From Chloroflexota bacterium (GTDB taxonomy: Bacteria > Chloroflexota > Dormibacteria > Dormibacterales > Dormibacteraceae), in the NCBI GenBank assembly GCA_005880315.1, contig VBHB01000081.1, forward strand, positions 1,616-65,615: 64,000 bases of DNA, in the 5' to 3' direction. A program made the position numbers and the translations under genes. Each line of letters begins with the position of its first letter. The first letter of the stretch is position 1. Of this stretch, positions 1 through 8,825 are shown one piece after another. The notes beneath the pieces are model-generated. The model was given only the letters and a program-made list of their open reading frames with translations. It was not told the DNA's origin and searched no databases.

Positions 1-402
1 CCACAGCTCATAGGACTGGTTGGGGATCTGCGCGGTGTGGTCGAGGGTGGCCGCGTTGTTGATCAGGATGTCGATCTTTCCGAACTCGTCTTTGACCTTC
101 TTGAAGACTTCGCGAATCTGCTCGCGATTGGTCACGTCCATCTTGATGGCCAGCGAGCGCCGGCCCATCTTGCGGATTTCATCCGCGGTCGAGTTCGAGT
201 GCACCCAGCCCTGCGAGACCGCCACCTGGGCCAGCACGCTGCCCGCCGCTTCCGCGGTCTTCTGAAGGTCGGGGTCGTCCTCGACCAGGATGTCGGTGAT
301 CACGACGTCCGCCCCGGCTCGCGCCAGGGTCAGCGCATCCTGGCGGCCGAGGCCGCGCGAGGCACCGGTGACGACGGCAACCCTTCCCGTGAGATCGAAC
401 AT
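1..402 (-). CDS. SDR-family oxidoreductase (FabG-like), C-terminal part lies outside the window
   Basis: Not in the ORF track because it runs off the window edge. My own translation from CAT at 400-402 gives MFDLTGRVAVVTGASRGLGRQDALTLARAGADVVITDILVEDDP, a classical TGxxxGxG Rossmann N-terminus. Confidence 0.8.
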   Translation of the reverse strand, partial: MFDLTGRVAVVTGASRGLGRQDALTLARAGADVVITDILVEDDPDLQKTAEAAGSVLAQVAVSQGWVHSNSTADEIRKMGRRSLAIKMDVTNREQIREVFKKVKDEFGKIDILINNAATLDHTAQIPNQSYELW

Positions 403-411
403 GTACCCCCC

Positions 412-774
412 TTAGCTTGATCGGTACTCGGCCGACGCTTTTGTCAGCACGGCTTCGCCGCGTTGATTGACGGCGCTCAGCGCAATCTTGCCGGGTCCGG
501 CATCTTCGGCGGCGAAGGTCACGGTGTCTTTTGGCTCCACCATGCCGGCAAACCGGCAGTACATGAGGCGCAGCCGGTGAGCCCCGCCCGCCGCCTCGGC
601 GGCGACGCCCGCGAGGATTCCCATCTGGAGCATCCCGTGGGCGATGATCCCCGGCAGGCCGACAGACCGGGCAAAGTCGCCATCGAGGTGGATCGGGTTG
701 TGGTCGCCCGAGGCCTCGGCGTACGCGGCGATCTGCTCCGGTGTGAAAGTGACCGCGCGCTCGATTCTTTTCAT
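412..774 (-). CDS. MaoC-like (R)-specific enoyl-CoA hydratase / hydroxyacyl dehydratase subunit (HadB-like)
   Basis: Track ORF 412..807. Hot-dog motif SGDHNPIHLD...AHGM. ATG at 774 overlaps the upstream stop (ATGA), which suggests translational coupling. Confidence 0.8.
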   Translation of the reverse strand: MKRIERAVTFTPEQIAAYAEASGDHNPIHLDGDFARSVGLPGIIAHGMLQMGILAGVAAEAAGGAHRLRLMYCRFAGMVEPKDTVTFAAEDAGPGKIALSAVNQRGEAVLTKASAEYRSS

Positions 775-1157
775 GAGCGGATGACGAAAAGCGTGCGCGA
801 CCGGCACAGCGCCGAGCCGTCCTCAGCCATGGTGGCGATCTCGTAGGTGAGAAAGCGCATGCCCCGCCGGCTGATGTCGCTCACGACACGCCCCTGTGAG
901 GTGACAGTGTCGCCGGGCTCAGGATGGCGCTCCCACTCGAACTCCTGGTCGGCGTGCAGCAGTCGCGCGAAATCGACCTCGGCTTCCGGATCGCCGAAGA
1001 GCTGCGGTCCCGTCGCCCCGAGCGCGTAGACGGCTGCGAACGTTGGCGGCACGCCGTCTGCGGGGTCCGCGCCAATTGCGCGCGCGAACTTCGCAACATG
1101 TTCAGGCTCGATCACCGAGCTCACCGCCGGGTAGGTTTTTCCTTCGATGGCGGACAA
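771..1157 (-). CDS. MaoC-N / UPF0336 hot-dog protein (HadA-like dehydratase partner subunit)
   Basis: Track ORF 771..1220. The sequence ...LLHADQEFEWERHPEPGDTV...RFLTYE is typical of the non-catalytic hot-dog partner. A probable TTG start at 1157 lies 2 nt after the upstream stop. Confidence 0.7.
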   Translation of the reverse strand: MSAIEGKTYPAVSSVIEPEHVAKFARAIGADPADGVPPTFAAVYALGATGPQLFGDPEAEVDFARLLHADQEFEWERHPEPGDTVTSQGRVVSDISRRGMRFLTYEIATMAEDGSALCRSRTLFVIRS

Positions 1158-1159
1158 AT

Positions 1160-3484
1160 TTAGATTGGGCGGAAGCGGGCGAACACACGCCGCAGCAGCA
1201 GCGGACGGAGCCCGGACCACGCTTCCATCACCGACGTGCGCGCTGTGCGTGCCTCGTCGGGCGGCGCGTAAGCGGCGACCACGAAGCCGCTCGCGAGCGA
1301 GCGTATCGGTTCGGTGGCTTCAGGGAAGCTGAGGGCCAGTCGACGCCCCAGCTCATAAGGCGTCTCTCCCGAGCGCTGGTCGGCGCCCGCGAGCCGGGTG
1401 AGCACAAGGGTGCGCCGCCAGACTCCCATCACTGAACGCGGGCGCAGGTACCGCGCCAATGCGGCAAAGAGCACGAACAGGAATGCCAGGACCACGCCGA
1501 CGATCTTGGTCAGCGTGCTCGGGTCCGGGATGCGAATCGAAAAACCTCCACCGCCACTCGTGCTCGAGGGGCCGTTCGGCTCGTTGACAGGCTTGGCACT
1601 CGGCGTCCCCACCGCCGCCACCCCGGACCCGCCGGTCGGGTCGTTGCACAGGTTGTCGCGGTAGCAGATGTTCGACAGGCCGCTCACTCCCCGGGGGATC
1701 GGCTCGTAGAAGTGGTCGTTCGTCGGCTCGAACTCGATCCAGCCGTACTTCGGAAAGTAGACCTCGACCCAGGTGTGGGCATCTTCGCTGCGGACCACGA
1801 AGCTGTTGGTCGTGGTGTCGAGCGTGCCCGGTCCGAAGCCGCTTACGAGCCGGCTCGGTATCCCGAGCGACCGCAGCATGTCCCCCATCGCCGTCGCGAA
1901 GAACTCGCAGTAGCCGCGGCGTGAGTTGAACAGGAAATATGCGAGCGGGTCCTCGCCGTCAGGAGCTTTCGGGGGTGTCAGGGTGTAGGTGAACCGGTCG
2001 CTACGCAGGTATGTCTCGATCGCCACTGCGGCGTCGTAGGGATTGGTGGCGCCTGCCGCCTGCACAACTTGCAGGGCCAGCTGATGGATCCGCTCGAGGA
2101 CGGCGGGGTCGCGGTATCCGTTGGAGGGAAGGCTCATGTATGAGCGTGCCCAATCCGGGTAAGCGGTCCCGGCCGCCTGAAGGTCGCCGTCGGTGGCCGT
2201 GGAGTATTCCACCGTGGCCGCATACGTGCCGCGCGAGGTCCGCGGGTTGACTGTGGACAGGCGGTCGATGTTGACGATGGGGCCGCCAATCGGCGGCGGT
2301 ACCAGTACCTCGGTCGCGACCGTGTCGCGGTTGACATGAAACAGCCGGCCCGGATAAAAAAGGATGTCGGCGTTACCACCGGGCGGGGCGATCATCCTGA
2401 TGTTGAACAAGGCCACGCCCAGCTTCGAGTAGTCCTCCCCGAAGGGTGCCTGCTCGCCTGTCTGGATGGCCTGCTTGAGCCCGCCGGTCTCCTGGTACCT
2501 CCAGGCTCCGTGGAAGAGCAGGGTTTCGTTGACGCCCCGGAAGTAGTGCGGCCCCACGAAGTCCCCCTGCACCGTGTACATGAAGACGGGGTTGTGCGTC
2601 CGCTTGAGGGACGTGTTGAGCAGAACGTCGGGCGAGAAGCCGGTGGTGCCGCCGGTCGTTCCCGCGGCGCCGAATGAGCCTGGATGGCTCAGTGTCTCGA
2701 GCAGCTGCGCCCAACTTGTGAATGCGCTCGATTCCATGTCGACGGTCCGGTCGACGGTGGAGATCGGGGGCAGCATGATCGCAAGCACGATGAGCGCCGC
2801 CATCGCCACCAGGCCGCTTTCCCAGAAATCCCATCGCGCGTCACCTGTGAGCTTCACGCGAGCTCGGGTCGCGTTCGCGATCGAGCTCGTGTAGTTGGTC
2901 CAGAGCAGCAGGGCAAGAGTCAGAACGAGCACGGCGAGGACGTAGCCGTTCTGGTCGCGCGGGAAGTTGAGGAGGTTGGTGGCGAAGGCAGCCGCACCCG
3001 GCACCAGGCCGAGCAGCGGGCGTCTCCAGCGCAGCACGCACCATGCGAGCCAGCCGCCCGTCACCCACATCAGCCAGCCGATGAGATAGAGGTCGAACGA
3101 CGAGTCGGCGATCGCGGAACCGTCGAGGATGCGGCCCCACCACGCACTCAGGAGGCCGAGGCCGAGCGGGTCAGCTGGATGGCTTCCGTGCAGTGCAGGC
3201 CAAGATGCGAACCCCGCGACGAACGGGCCGGCAACCATCCCGATGCCCACGCCAACACCCCAGGGAATCGGCAGCACGGCGAGCAGTCCCATGAAGACCG
3301 CCCCGACCAGCGCGACCATCGTCACCACCTCGATGCCGGGCACCCACTGCGCGGTGACTGTCGATTTAGCGATTGCGAGCGTGAGCAGGAACAAGAGTCC
3401 GGCGCTCCAGACGACGCCGCCGGGCAGCTCGTCACGGGTCCGCCGAACCAGGCGCAGCGGGAAGCTAACCGATGCGGATTGCAT
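1160..3484 (-). CDS. Polytopic membrane transglutaminase-domain protein (TgpA-like)
   Basis: 774 aa with many N-terminal TM helices. Transglutaminase core: RRGYCEFFATAMGDMLRSLGIPSRLVSGF...DAHTWVEVYF. Last gene of the MoxR-DUF58 operon. Confidence 0.9.
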   Translation of the reverse strand: MQSASVSFPLRLVRRTRDELPGGVVWSAGLLFLLTLAIAKSTVTAQWVPGIEVVTMVALVGAVFMGLLAVLPIPWGVGVGIGMVAGPFVAGFASWPALHGSHPADPLGLGLLSAWWGRILDGSAIADSSFDLYLIGWLMWVTGGWLAWCVLRWRRPLLGLVPGAAAFATNLLNFPRDQNGYVLAVLVLTLALLLWTNYTSSIANATRARVKLTGDARWDFWESGLVAMAALIVLAIMLPPISTVDRTVDMESSAFTSWAQLLETLSHPGSFGAAGTTGGTTGFSPDVLLNTSLKRTHNPVFMYTVQGDFVGPHYFRGVNETLLFHGAWRYQETGGLKQAIQTGEQAPFGEDYSKLGVALFNIRMIAPPGGNADILFYPGRLFHVNRDTVATEVLVPPPIGGPIVNIDRLSTVNPRTSRGTYAATVEYSTATDGDLQAAGTAYPDWARSYMSLPSNGYRDPAVLERIHQLALQVVQAAGATNPYDAAVAIETYLRSDRFTYTLTPPKAPDGEDPLAYFLFNSRRGYCEFFATAMGDMLRSLGIPSRLVSGFGPGTLDTTTNSFVVRSEDAHTWVEVYFPKYGWIEFEPTNDHFYEPIPRGVSGLSNICYRDNLCNDPTGGSGVAAVGTPSAKPVNEPNGPSSTSGGGGFSIRIPDPSTLTKIVGVVLAFLFVLFAALARYLRPRSVMGVWRRTLVLTRLAGADQRSGETPYELGRRLALSFPEATEPIRSLASGFVVAAYAPPDEARTARTSVMEAWSGLRPLLLRRVFARFRPI

Positions 3485-4655
3485 CTCGAGTCCTCATGAG
3501 GCGGGCGAAGTCGTCGCCCTTGCGCACGACATACAGGTCTACGTCCTGCCCGAGATCGAAGGTGGGGTTCTGGTCGGGACCGCCGAAGCTCGCGCCGTCG
3601 AGGAAGAAGACGATCATCGACGAGCGGCGGCCTCGAACCGCTTGCAGCAAGCGCACCCAGGCCTCGTCGGCACTCGGCGTGATCACGGCGATGGCGCGGC
3701 GCGGCAGCCGGCGAATCCGGTCCCAGGCAAGCGTCTGCGTCAGTGGTGTGCGGCCGTCGGCGGTGGCCACCGCGAGGTAGTCGAGGATGATGCGGTCCTG
3801 CCGGACCGCTCGGTGAGGCTCCAGGACCGTCCCTCGGGAATCGTTGGCGATCAGGCCCACCTGCCGGCCGCGACTGTGGACCTGCGACGCCATGGAAGCG
3901 GCCAGGCTCACCGCATATTCGACGGTCGACTCCTCACCCTCGCCGCAGTGGACGTTGCGGTCCAGGTCGAGCAGGATCCAGAGGTCGGTGGTCAGCGGTT
4001 GCTCGAAGGTCTTCGACATCAGGCGGGCGTGACGCGTCGACAGTGGCCAGTGGATGCGGCCGAAGCTGTCACCGGTGACGTAGTCACGCACGCCGCTCGT
4101 GTCGGGCGGATAGTCGGCCCACGCTCCCAGGCTCTGCGAGCTGCCGACCTGCTGGGCGCTCGGGGTCATAAGGTCGGGAATCGGCCGCACGCGGGGATAG
4201 ACGAGCACCGTGTTGCGATTTCCCGTCTTGACCTCCTGGTTGAAAAGCCCGAACGGCTCGCGCACGCTGACCAGCGTCGGCCCGAATGACATCCAGCCGC
4301 GCCGGCGGTAGACCCCTCGTGACTTCCAGCTGACGAGCTCGCCACCCACCGATATGACCCGTCCCGGCTGGTAGTCGGGAATCTGGCCGAGGTCGCGAAT
4401 CTCGACCCAAGGCGCGGGCACCCAACCGATGCGCCGCACCTCGATCACCTCTTCGTATGGCTCGCCGACGGTGGGCGTGCCGGGGTCCAGCCGGCGGCTG
4501 AGGCTGATACCCCGAATCGCGATTTTCGGCCAGACCCAGGCCACCACGAAGAGGAGGCAGAGCGCATACGAGAAGGCGTAGGCGGGGCGATAGCCGGTCA
4601 GGTAGGTGAAGCCGAGCAGGATTCCAAGCGCGACGGCGAGGGCGACCTTATTCAA
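3465..4655 (-). CDS. DUF58 (vWA-like) protein
   Basis: 396 aa with two N-terminal TM helices. The motif DYVTGDSFGRIHWPLSTR is typical of DUF58. It lies between MoxR and the transglutaminase gene. Confidence 0.85.
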   Translation of the reverse strand: MNKVALAVALGILLGFTYLTGYRPAYAFSYALCLLFVVAWVWPKIAIRGISLSRRLDPGTPTVGEPYEEVIEVRRIGWVPAPWVEIRDLGQIPDYQPGRVISVGGELVSWKSRGVYRRRGWMSFGPTLVSVREPFGLFNQEVKTGNRNTVLVYPRVRPIPDLMTPSAQQVGSSQSLGAWADYPPDTSGVRDYVTGDSFGRIHWPLSTRHARLMSKTFEQPLTTDLWILLDLDRNVHCGEGEESTVEYAVSLAASMASQVHSRGRQVGLIANDSRGTVLEPHRAVRQDRIILDYLAVATADGRTPLTQTLAWDRIRRLPRRAIAVITPSADEAWVRLLQAVRGRRSSMIVFFLDGASFGGPDQNPTFDLGQDVDLYVVRKGDDFARLMRTRDAIRIG

Positions 4656-4760
4656 AGAATGCAGACCTCGCGTCCAGGCCGGGTTCCCCGGCCGTCCCCT
4701 GGCGTGTCACCTTCCCAGCGCCTCCGTGCGTCGCCGGGAGATCCTTAGGTGGGTTTCCGT

Positions 4761-4784
4761 AAGGGAGGACGTAAGTCCTCCCTT
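4761..4784 (-). terminator. Intra-operon stem-loop immediately after the moxR stop
   Basis: Plus-strand aagggaggac-gtaa-gtcctccctt forms a 10-bp perfect stem with a GNRA-type loop, 4 nt downstream of the MoxR stop. There is no clear U-tract. Confidence 0.35.
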
Positions 4785-4788
4785 GCGA

Positions 4789-5790
4789 TCACCCGTCGTA
4801 AGCCATTTGCGGAACATGCTCGCGCTCGAGGAGACCGGCCACGAGCTTGCCGGCGCTCTGGCCCTGCATCTCCGCATTGGGGCGAAGGATGATGCGGTGC
4901 GCGAGCACAGGCTCGGCGAGCACCTTGATGTCGTCCGGGATGACATAGCTGCGGCCCTGCACTGCGGCCAGGGCCTGGCTGGCATGGAACAGGTTGATGG
5001 TGCCTCGCGTGCTGGCGCCGAGCGCCACCTCCGGGTTGCCGCGCGTGCGTCCGACGAGACGGGCGATGTAGTCGCGCAGCTCTGGCTTCACGAACACTTC
5101 ACGAACCTCGCTTTGTGCGGCGGTCAGCTCGTTCGGCGACACCACCGGCTGCAGCTCGAGCATCGGCGACTCGACCTTGCGGTGGCTCAGCAGGTTCGAT
5201 TCCTCTTTCTCGGAGAGATAGCCCAGCTTCACCTTCATGAGGAACCGGTCGAGCTGGGCCTCCGGCAGGGGAAACGTACCCGAGTACTCGACGGGGTTCT
5301 GGGTCGCCATGACCATGAATGGCTTGGGCAGATCGTGGGTGTCGCCGTCGATGGTCACCTGGCGCTCTTCCATCGCCTCGAGCAGCGCGGCCTGGGTCTT
5401 GGGGCTCGCGCGGTTGATCTCGTCGGCGAGCAGGATCTGGGCGAACACCGGGCCTGGCCTGAACTCGAAGTCGTTCTCCTTCTGGTTGAAGGCCCGAACC
5501 CCGGTGACGTCGGACGGCAGCAGATCGGGTGTGAACTGGATGCGCCGGAACGTGCAGTCGAGCGAGCGGGCCAGTGACTTGGCGAGCATCGTCTTGCCGA
5601 CGCCGGGAACGTCCTCGATGAGCAGGTGGCCCTCGCAAAGGAGTGTGACAAGGCAGAGCCGGACCTCGTCCTCCTTGTTGACGATCGCCCGGCCGACGTT
5701 CGACATGAACGAATCGGCGACTCTGGTGACGACCTCGGTCACCACGCCGGGCGGGACCCCATGACCGCGATTATAGATTTGACCTTCCAT
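4789..5790 (-). CDS. MoxR-family AAA+ ATPase
   Basis: Walker A GVPGVGKT, Walker B LLADEINRASPKTQAALLEAMEE, followed by ATQNP. Confidence 0.95.
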   Translation of the reverse strand: MEGQIYNRGHGVPPGVVTEVVTRVADSFMSNVGRAIVNKEDEVRLCLVTLLCEGHLLIEDVPGVGKTMLAKSLARSLDCTFRRIQFTPDLLPSDVTGVRAFNQKENDFEFRPGPVFAQILLADEINRASPKTQAALLEAMEERQVTIDGDTHDLPKPFMVMATQNPVEYSGTFPLPEAQLDRFLMKVKLGYLSEKEESNLLSHRKVESPMLELQPVVSPNELTAAQSEVREVFVKPELRDYIARLVGRTRGNPEVALGASTRGTINLFHASQALAAVQGRSYVIPDDIKVLAEPVLAHRIILRPNAEMQGQSAGKLVAGLLEREHVPQMAYDG

Positions 5791-5851
5791 GGGCCATTCG
5801 ACATGAATACGCGCGGCCCATCGGTTTGGTTCCGGCCGGCGTTACGTTGAG

Positions 5852-6766
5852 GTGCCGGGGGACGTAATGGGAAGCAGAGTGATGAGACTCAAGGTCGCGG
5901 TCTTGGTCGCGCTGGTCGCTTTTGCGTGTGGCTCGGTGGGGCCGACCGGCGGTGGCGTCGGTAGCCCGCTGACCATCGACCAGGTCAAGTTCAAGGTCAT
6001 CGACGCGGTGGGCGCCCCGATCTTCTGCGACCCCGATTTCTACCCGATCGTCCGCGCCGGCGGCGAGGAGACGAGCGCGGACACCTACTACCCCCAGATC
6101 CGCTCGGATCCCGAGCTCTTTGCCGCGATCGTCGCGCACGAGCACTTGCCTTCTTCTGGCGATCTCAACGAGGACCAGAAGTTGATCCTCTACAAGGCGT
6201 TCAAACGCCTCCGTGCCCTGGTGCTCACCAAGAACGGCGACTCGTACACGTTCGAGATGAGGGTCAAGGGGCAAGGCGCCAGCGCAGTCGAGCTCATCGA
6301 CGGGTCGGTGCGCGTGGATGGTGCGGTTACGGTCGCCTCGCGCAAACCGAGCGCCATGCCACCGTGCCCCATCTGCCTCGCGTCCGGGACGCTGATCGCG
6401 ACTCCTGGCGGCGAGGTCAGGGTCACCGATCTCAAGCCGGGGATGCTTGTGTGGTCGGTCGGCGGCAATGGCGAGCGGGTGGCCGAACCCGTGGTCGAGG
6501 TGGGCAGCATGGTGGTGCCGGCCGGCCACCTCATGGTGCATGTGCGCCTCGCCGACGGTCGCGAGCTCCTGGCTTCGCCCGGTCACCGCGCCGGCGACGG
6601 ACGTCCGCTTGGCAGCCTGTCGGCAGGCGACGCGCTGGACGGCGCGCTCGTCGTTCAGTGGGAGCTGGTTCCGTACACCGGCTTACGCACCTACGACCTG
6701 CTGCCGGCTGGGCCGACCGGACGCTACTGGGCCAACGCCATCCTGCTGTCGAGCACCCTCTCCTAG
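5852..6766 (+). CDS. Secreted/lipoprotein with a C-terminal Hint (intein/hedgehog-like, BIL-type) domain
   Basis: Signal-like N-terminus MRLKVAVLVALVAFAC (alternative starts at 5867 and 5882). From residue 175: CLASGTLIATPGGEVRVTDL... SPGH ... TYDLLPAGPTGRYWANAILLSS, which matches Hint blocks A, B and F/G. Confidence 0.75.
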   Translation: MPGDVMGSRVMRLKVAVLVALVAFACGSVGPTGGGVGSPLTIDQVKFKVIDAVGAPIFCDPDFYPIVRAGGEETSADTYYPQIRSDPELFAAIVAHEHLPSSGDLNEDQKLILYKAFKRLRALVLTKNGDSYTFEMRVKGQGASAVELIDGSVRVDGAVTVASRKPSAMPPCPICLASGTLIATPGGEVRVTDLKPGMLVWSVGGNGERVAEPVVEVGSMVVPAGHLMVHVRLADGRELLASPGHRAGDGRPLGSLSAGDALDGALVVQWELVPYTGLRTYDLLPAGPTGRYWANAILLSSTLS

Positions 6767-7689
6767 GAGACTTCTTCCTCCTCAACCAGACGCAGGTGGC
6801 TGCTCACGTCCAGTCCGAGGTGGCGCGCGAAGAATCCCGCGACGCGCTCGACGTACAGAGGACGATCCGCCTCATATGCCCCGGTGTGCGGCGCGCCCTG
6901 CACGATCCAGATCTCGCGTGGACCGCGGTAGGCGTCGTACAGGCGGCGGCCGTGGTTGACGGATACCAGGTCGTCCGCGCCGCCGTGGATGAAGAAGAGG
7001 GGTCGGGGTTCGAGGGAGCTCAGGACGGTGATCGGGCTCGACTGTGACAGCCGGCACCCAGTGCGCAGCCGGAACAACAAGCCCGCCAGCCACACGACAG
7101 GCGCTCCCGGCAGCTTGATCGAGCGCCGTACGTTGTCCTCGAGCACGGTGCGGAGGTCGCTGAACGGGCTGTCGAGCACGAGCGCCTGAACTCCCGGCTC
7201 GCCCGCGGCGCCGAGCAGGGCTACAACCGCCCCCATCGAGTAGCCGAGGAGCCCGATCCTCGCTTTCGGGATGCGCTTGCGAGCAAACGCGATGACAGCC
7301 TCGAGCTCGAGGACCTCCTTGATGCCGAACGTGATGGGCGCGCGGTCGCTGCCCGGCCAACCTCGATACGAATAAAGGATGACGTTGAAACCTTTGCGCC
7401 ACAGCCCGGCCGAGATGCCCAGTGAACCCTGGCGCTGTCCTTTGTGCCCGCCGGACACGATCACGGTTTGCGGCGAGCCTGGCTGCCGGAAATGCCAGGC
7501 GCCGAAGTTCACGCCATCGGCGGTGACCAGCTCCACCTCCTCGTAGTCCGCCTGGAACTCGAAAGGCGTGAACGTGAAGTCGTCGAGCGGGCGGGGCTTC
7601 GCAGGCACGAACGCCCGGCGGTACAGGTAGTAGGAGGCGGCCACGTAAGCGACCAGGACTAGCGCTGGGATCAGCACGATGTAGGGCAT
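6763..7689 (-). CDS. Alpha/beta hydrolase (membrane-anchored, S33/BAAT-like)
   Basis: N-terminal TM helix, nucleophile elbow GYSMGA, C-terminal HGGADD...H. Confidence 0.8.
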   Translation of the reverse strand: MPYIVLIPALVLVAYVAASYYLYRRAFVPAKPRPLDDFTFTPFEFQADYEEVELVTADGVNFGAWHFRQPGSPQTVIVSGGHKGQRQGSLGISAGLWRKGFNVILYSYRGWPGSDRAPITFGIKEVLELEAVIAFARKRIPKARIGLLGYSMGAVVALLGAAGEPGVQALVLDSPFSDLRTVLEDNVRRSIKLPGAPVVWLAGLLFRLRTGCRLSQSSPITVLSSLEPRPLFFIHGGADDLVSVNHGRRLYDAYRGPREIWIVQGAPHTGAYEADRPLYVERVAGFFARHLGLDVSSHLRLVEEEEVS

Positions 7690-7727
7690 CGGTACCTACC
7701 TCGAAGCTTAGTAGGTATTCACTCGCT

Positions 7728-8762
7728 TCACTCGAAGACCCGCGTCAGCTGGTAGAGATCCGCGGGCACGCGTCGGGTCTCGCCGACGACCTCGGCCAGC
7801 GGTACGACCTCCACCTCGCCGTTGCGGCGGATCGGGATGACGCCGCTCTTGCCGGACCCGATGAGCTCCACCGCGTGCACACCCAGGCGCGTCGCCCAGA
7901 TGCGGTCCGTCGGCGTCGGCGAGCCTCCGCGCTGAAGGTGGCCGAGGACCGTGACCCGCGTTTCGAAGCCGGTCTCGCGCTCGACCAGCCTGGCCAGCGC
8001 ATCGCCGATGCCGCGCTTGGCGAGCTGCACGTGGCCGAACGCATCGGTTTCCGCAGCTGCGCCAGCCTCGTCCTCGAGCTCTGGGATGTGAGCCCCTTCC
8101 GCGACGACGATGATGCTGAAGAGCTTGCCCTCGCCACGCCGGCGGTAAAGATGGCTGACGACGTCGCCGAGGGTCAGCGGGAACTCGGGGATGATGATCA
8201 GGTCGGCGCCGCCGGCGACCCCGCCGTATAACGCCACCCATCCGGTGTCGCGACCCATGACCTCGACCACCATCACTCGGTGATGAGCCGACGCGGTGGT
8301 GTGCAGGCGGTCGAGTGCTTCCGTGACCACGCCCACGGCGGTGTCGAAGCCGATGCAGAACTCCGTGACGCTCAGGTCGTTGTCGATCGTCTTCGGAACC
8401 CCGACCGTCTGGAAGCCCGCCTCGTGCAGGGCCGACGCCACGCTCAGGGTGTCGTCACCGCCGATCGGGACCATGGCGTCGACGCCGTGTCGACGCAGAA
8501 CCCGGATCACGGTCGCGACTCCGTCCTTCATCTTCAACGGATTCGTGCGCGAGGTGCCCAGGATCGTGCCGCCCAGAGGAAGGATGCCGCGCACGTCGGC
8601 AGGACGCAGCTCTTCGATGGCGCCGCCGTCGAGGCAGCCGGCCCAGCCGTTCTGTACGCCGCTGACGGAATGGCCGAGCTGGAACGCTCGACGCGCGACA
8701 GCCCGGATGGCCGCGTTCAGCCCGGGCGCGTCTCCACCACCGGTGAGGATTCCGATGCGCAC
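7728..8762 (-). CDS. pfkA: 6-phosphofructokinase (GGDD / PKTIDND variant, possibly PPi-dependent)
   Basis: MRIGILTGGGDAPGLNAAIRAV..., IGGDDT, GVPKTIDND, MGR, LGHLQRGG. Confidence 0.9.
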   Translation of the reverse strand: MRIGILTGGGDAPGLNAAIRAVARRAFQLGHSVSGVQNGWAGCLDGGAIEELRPADVRGILPLGGTILGTSRTNPLKMKDGVATVIRVLRRHGVDAMVPIGGDDTLSVASALHEAGFQTVGVPKTIDNDLSVTEFCIGFDTAVGVVTEALDRLHTTASAHHRVMVVEVMGRDTGWVALYGGVAGGADLIIIPEFPLTLGDVVSHLYRRRGEGKLFSIIVVAEGAHIPELEDEAGAAAETDAFGHVQLAKRGIGDALARLVERETGFETRVTVLGHLQRGGSPTPTDRIWATRLGVHAVELIGSGKSGVIPIRRNGEVEVVPLAEVVGETRRVPADLYQLTRVFE

Positions 8763-8825
8763 GCAGATAGGTTAACGGCAACTCACGCCCCTCTCCCCAA
8801 CCCTCTCCCGAGGGGGAGAGCGTTG

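Noticed and set aside
3129-4289. 386-aa plus-strand ORF, and similar ORFs at 2684..3499, 5771..6586 and 9743..10915
   Set aside because: All are antisense to genes with clear family motifs (transglutaminase, DUF58, Hint protein, membrane protein). All show the Arg/Pro/Gly bias of non-coding frames in GC-rich DNA.
8775-8822. C/T-rich segment cccctctccccaaccctctcccgagggggagag between the HAD and pfk genes, considered as a REP-like repeat or terminator
   Set aside because: It has only a 7-bp stem and no U-tract, and I found no second copy in the window. This is insufficient to call a repeat family.
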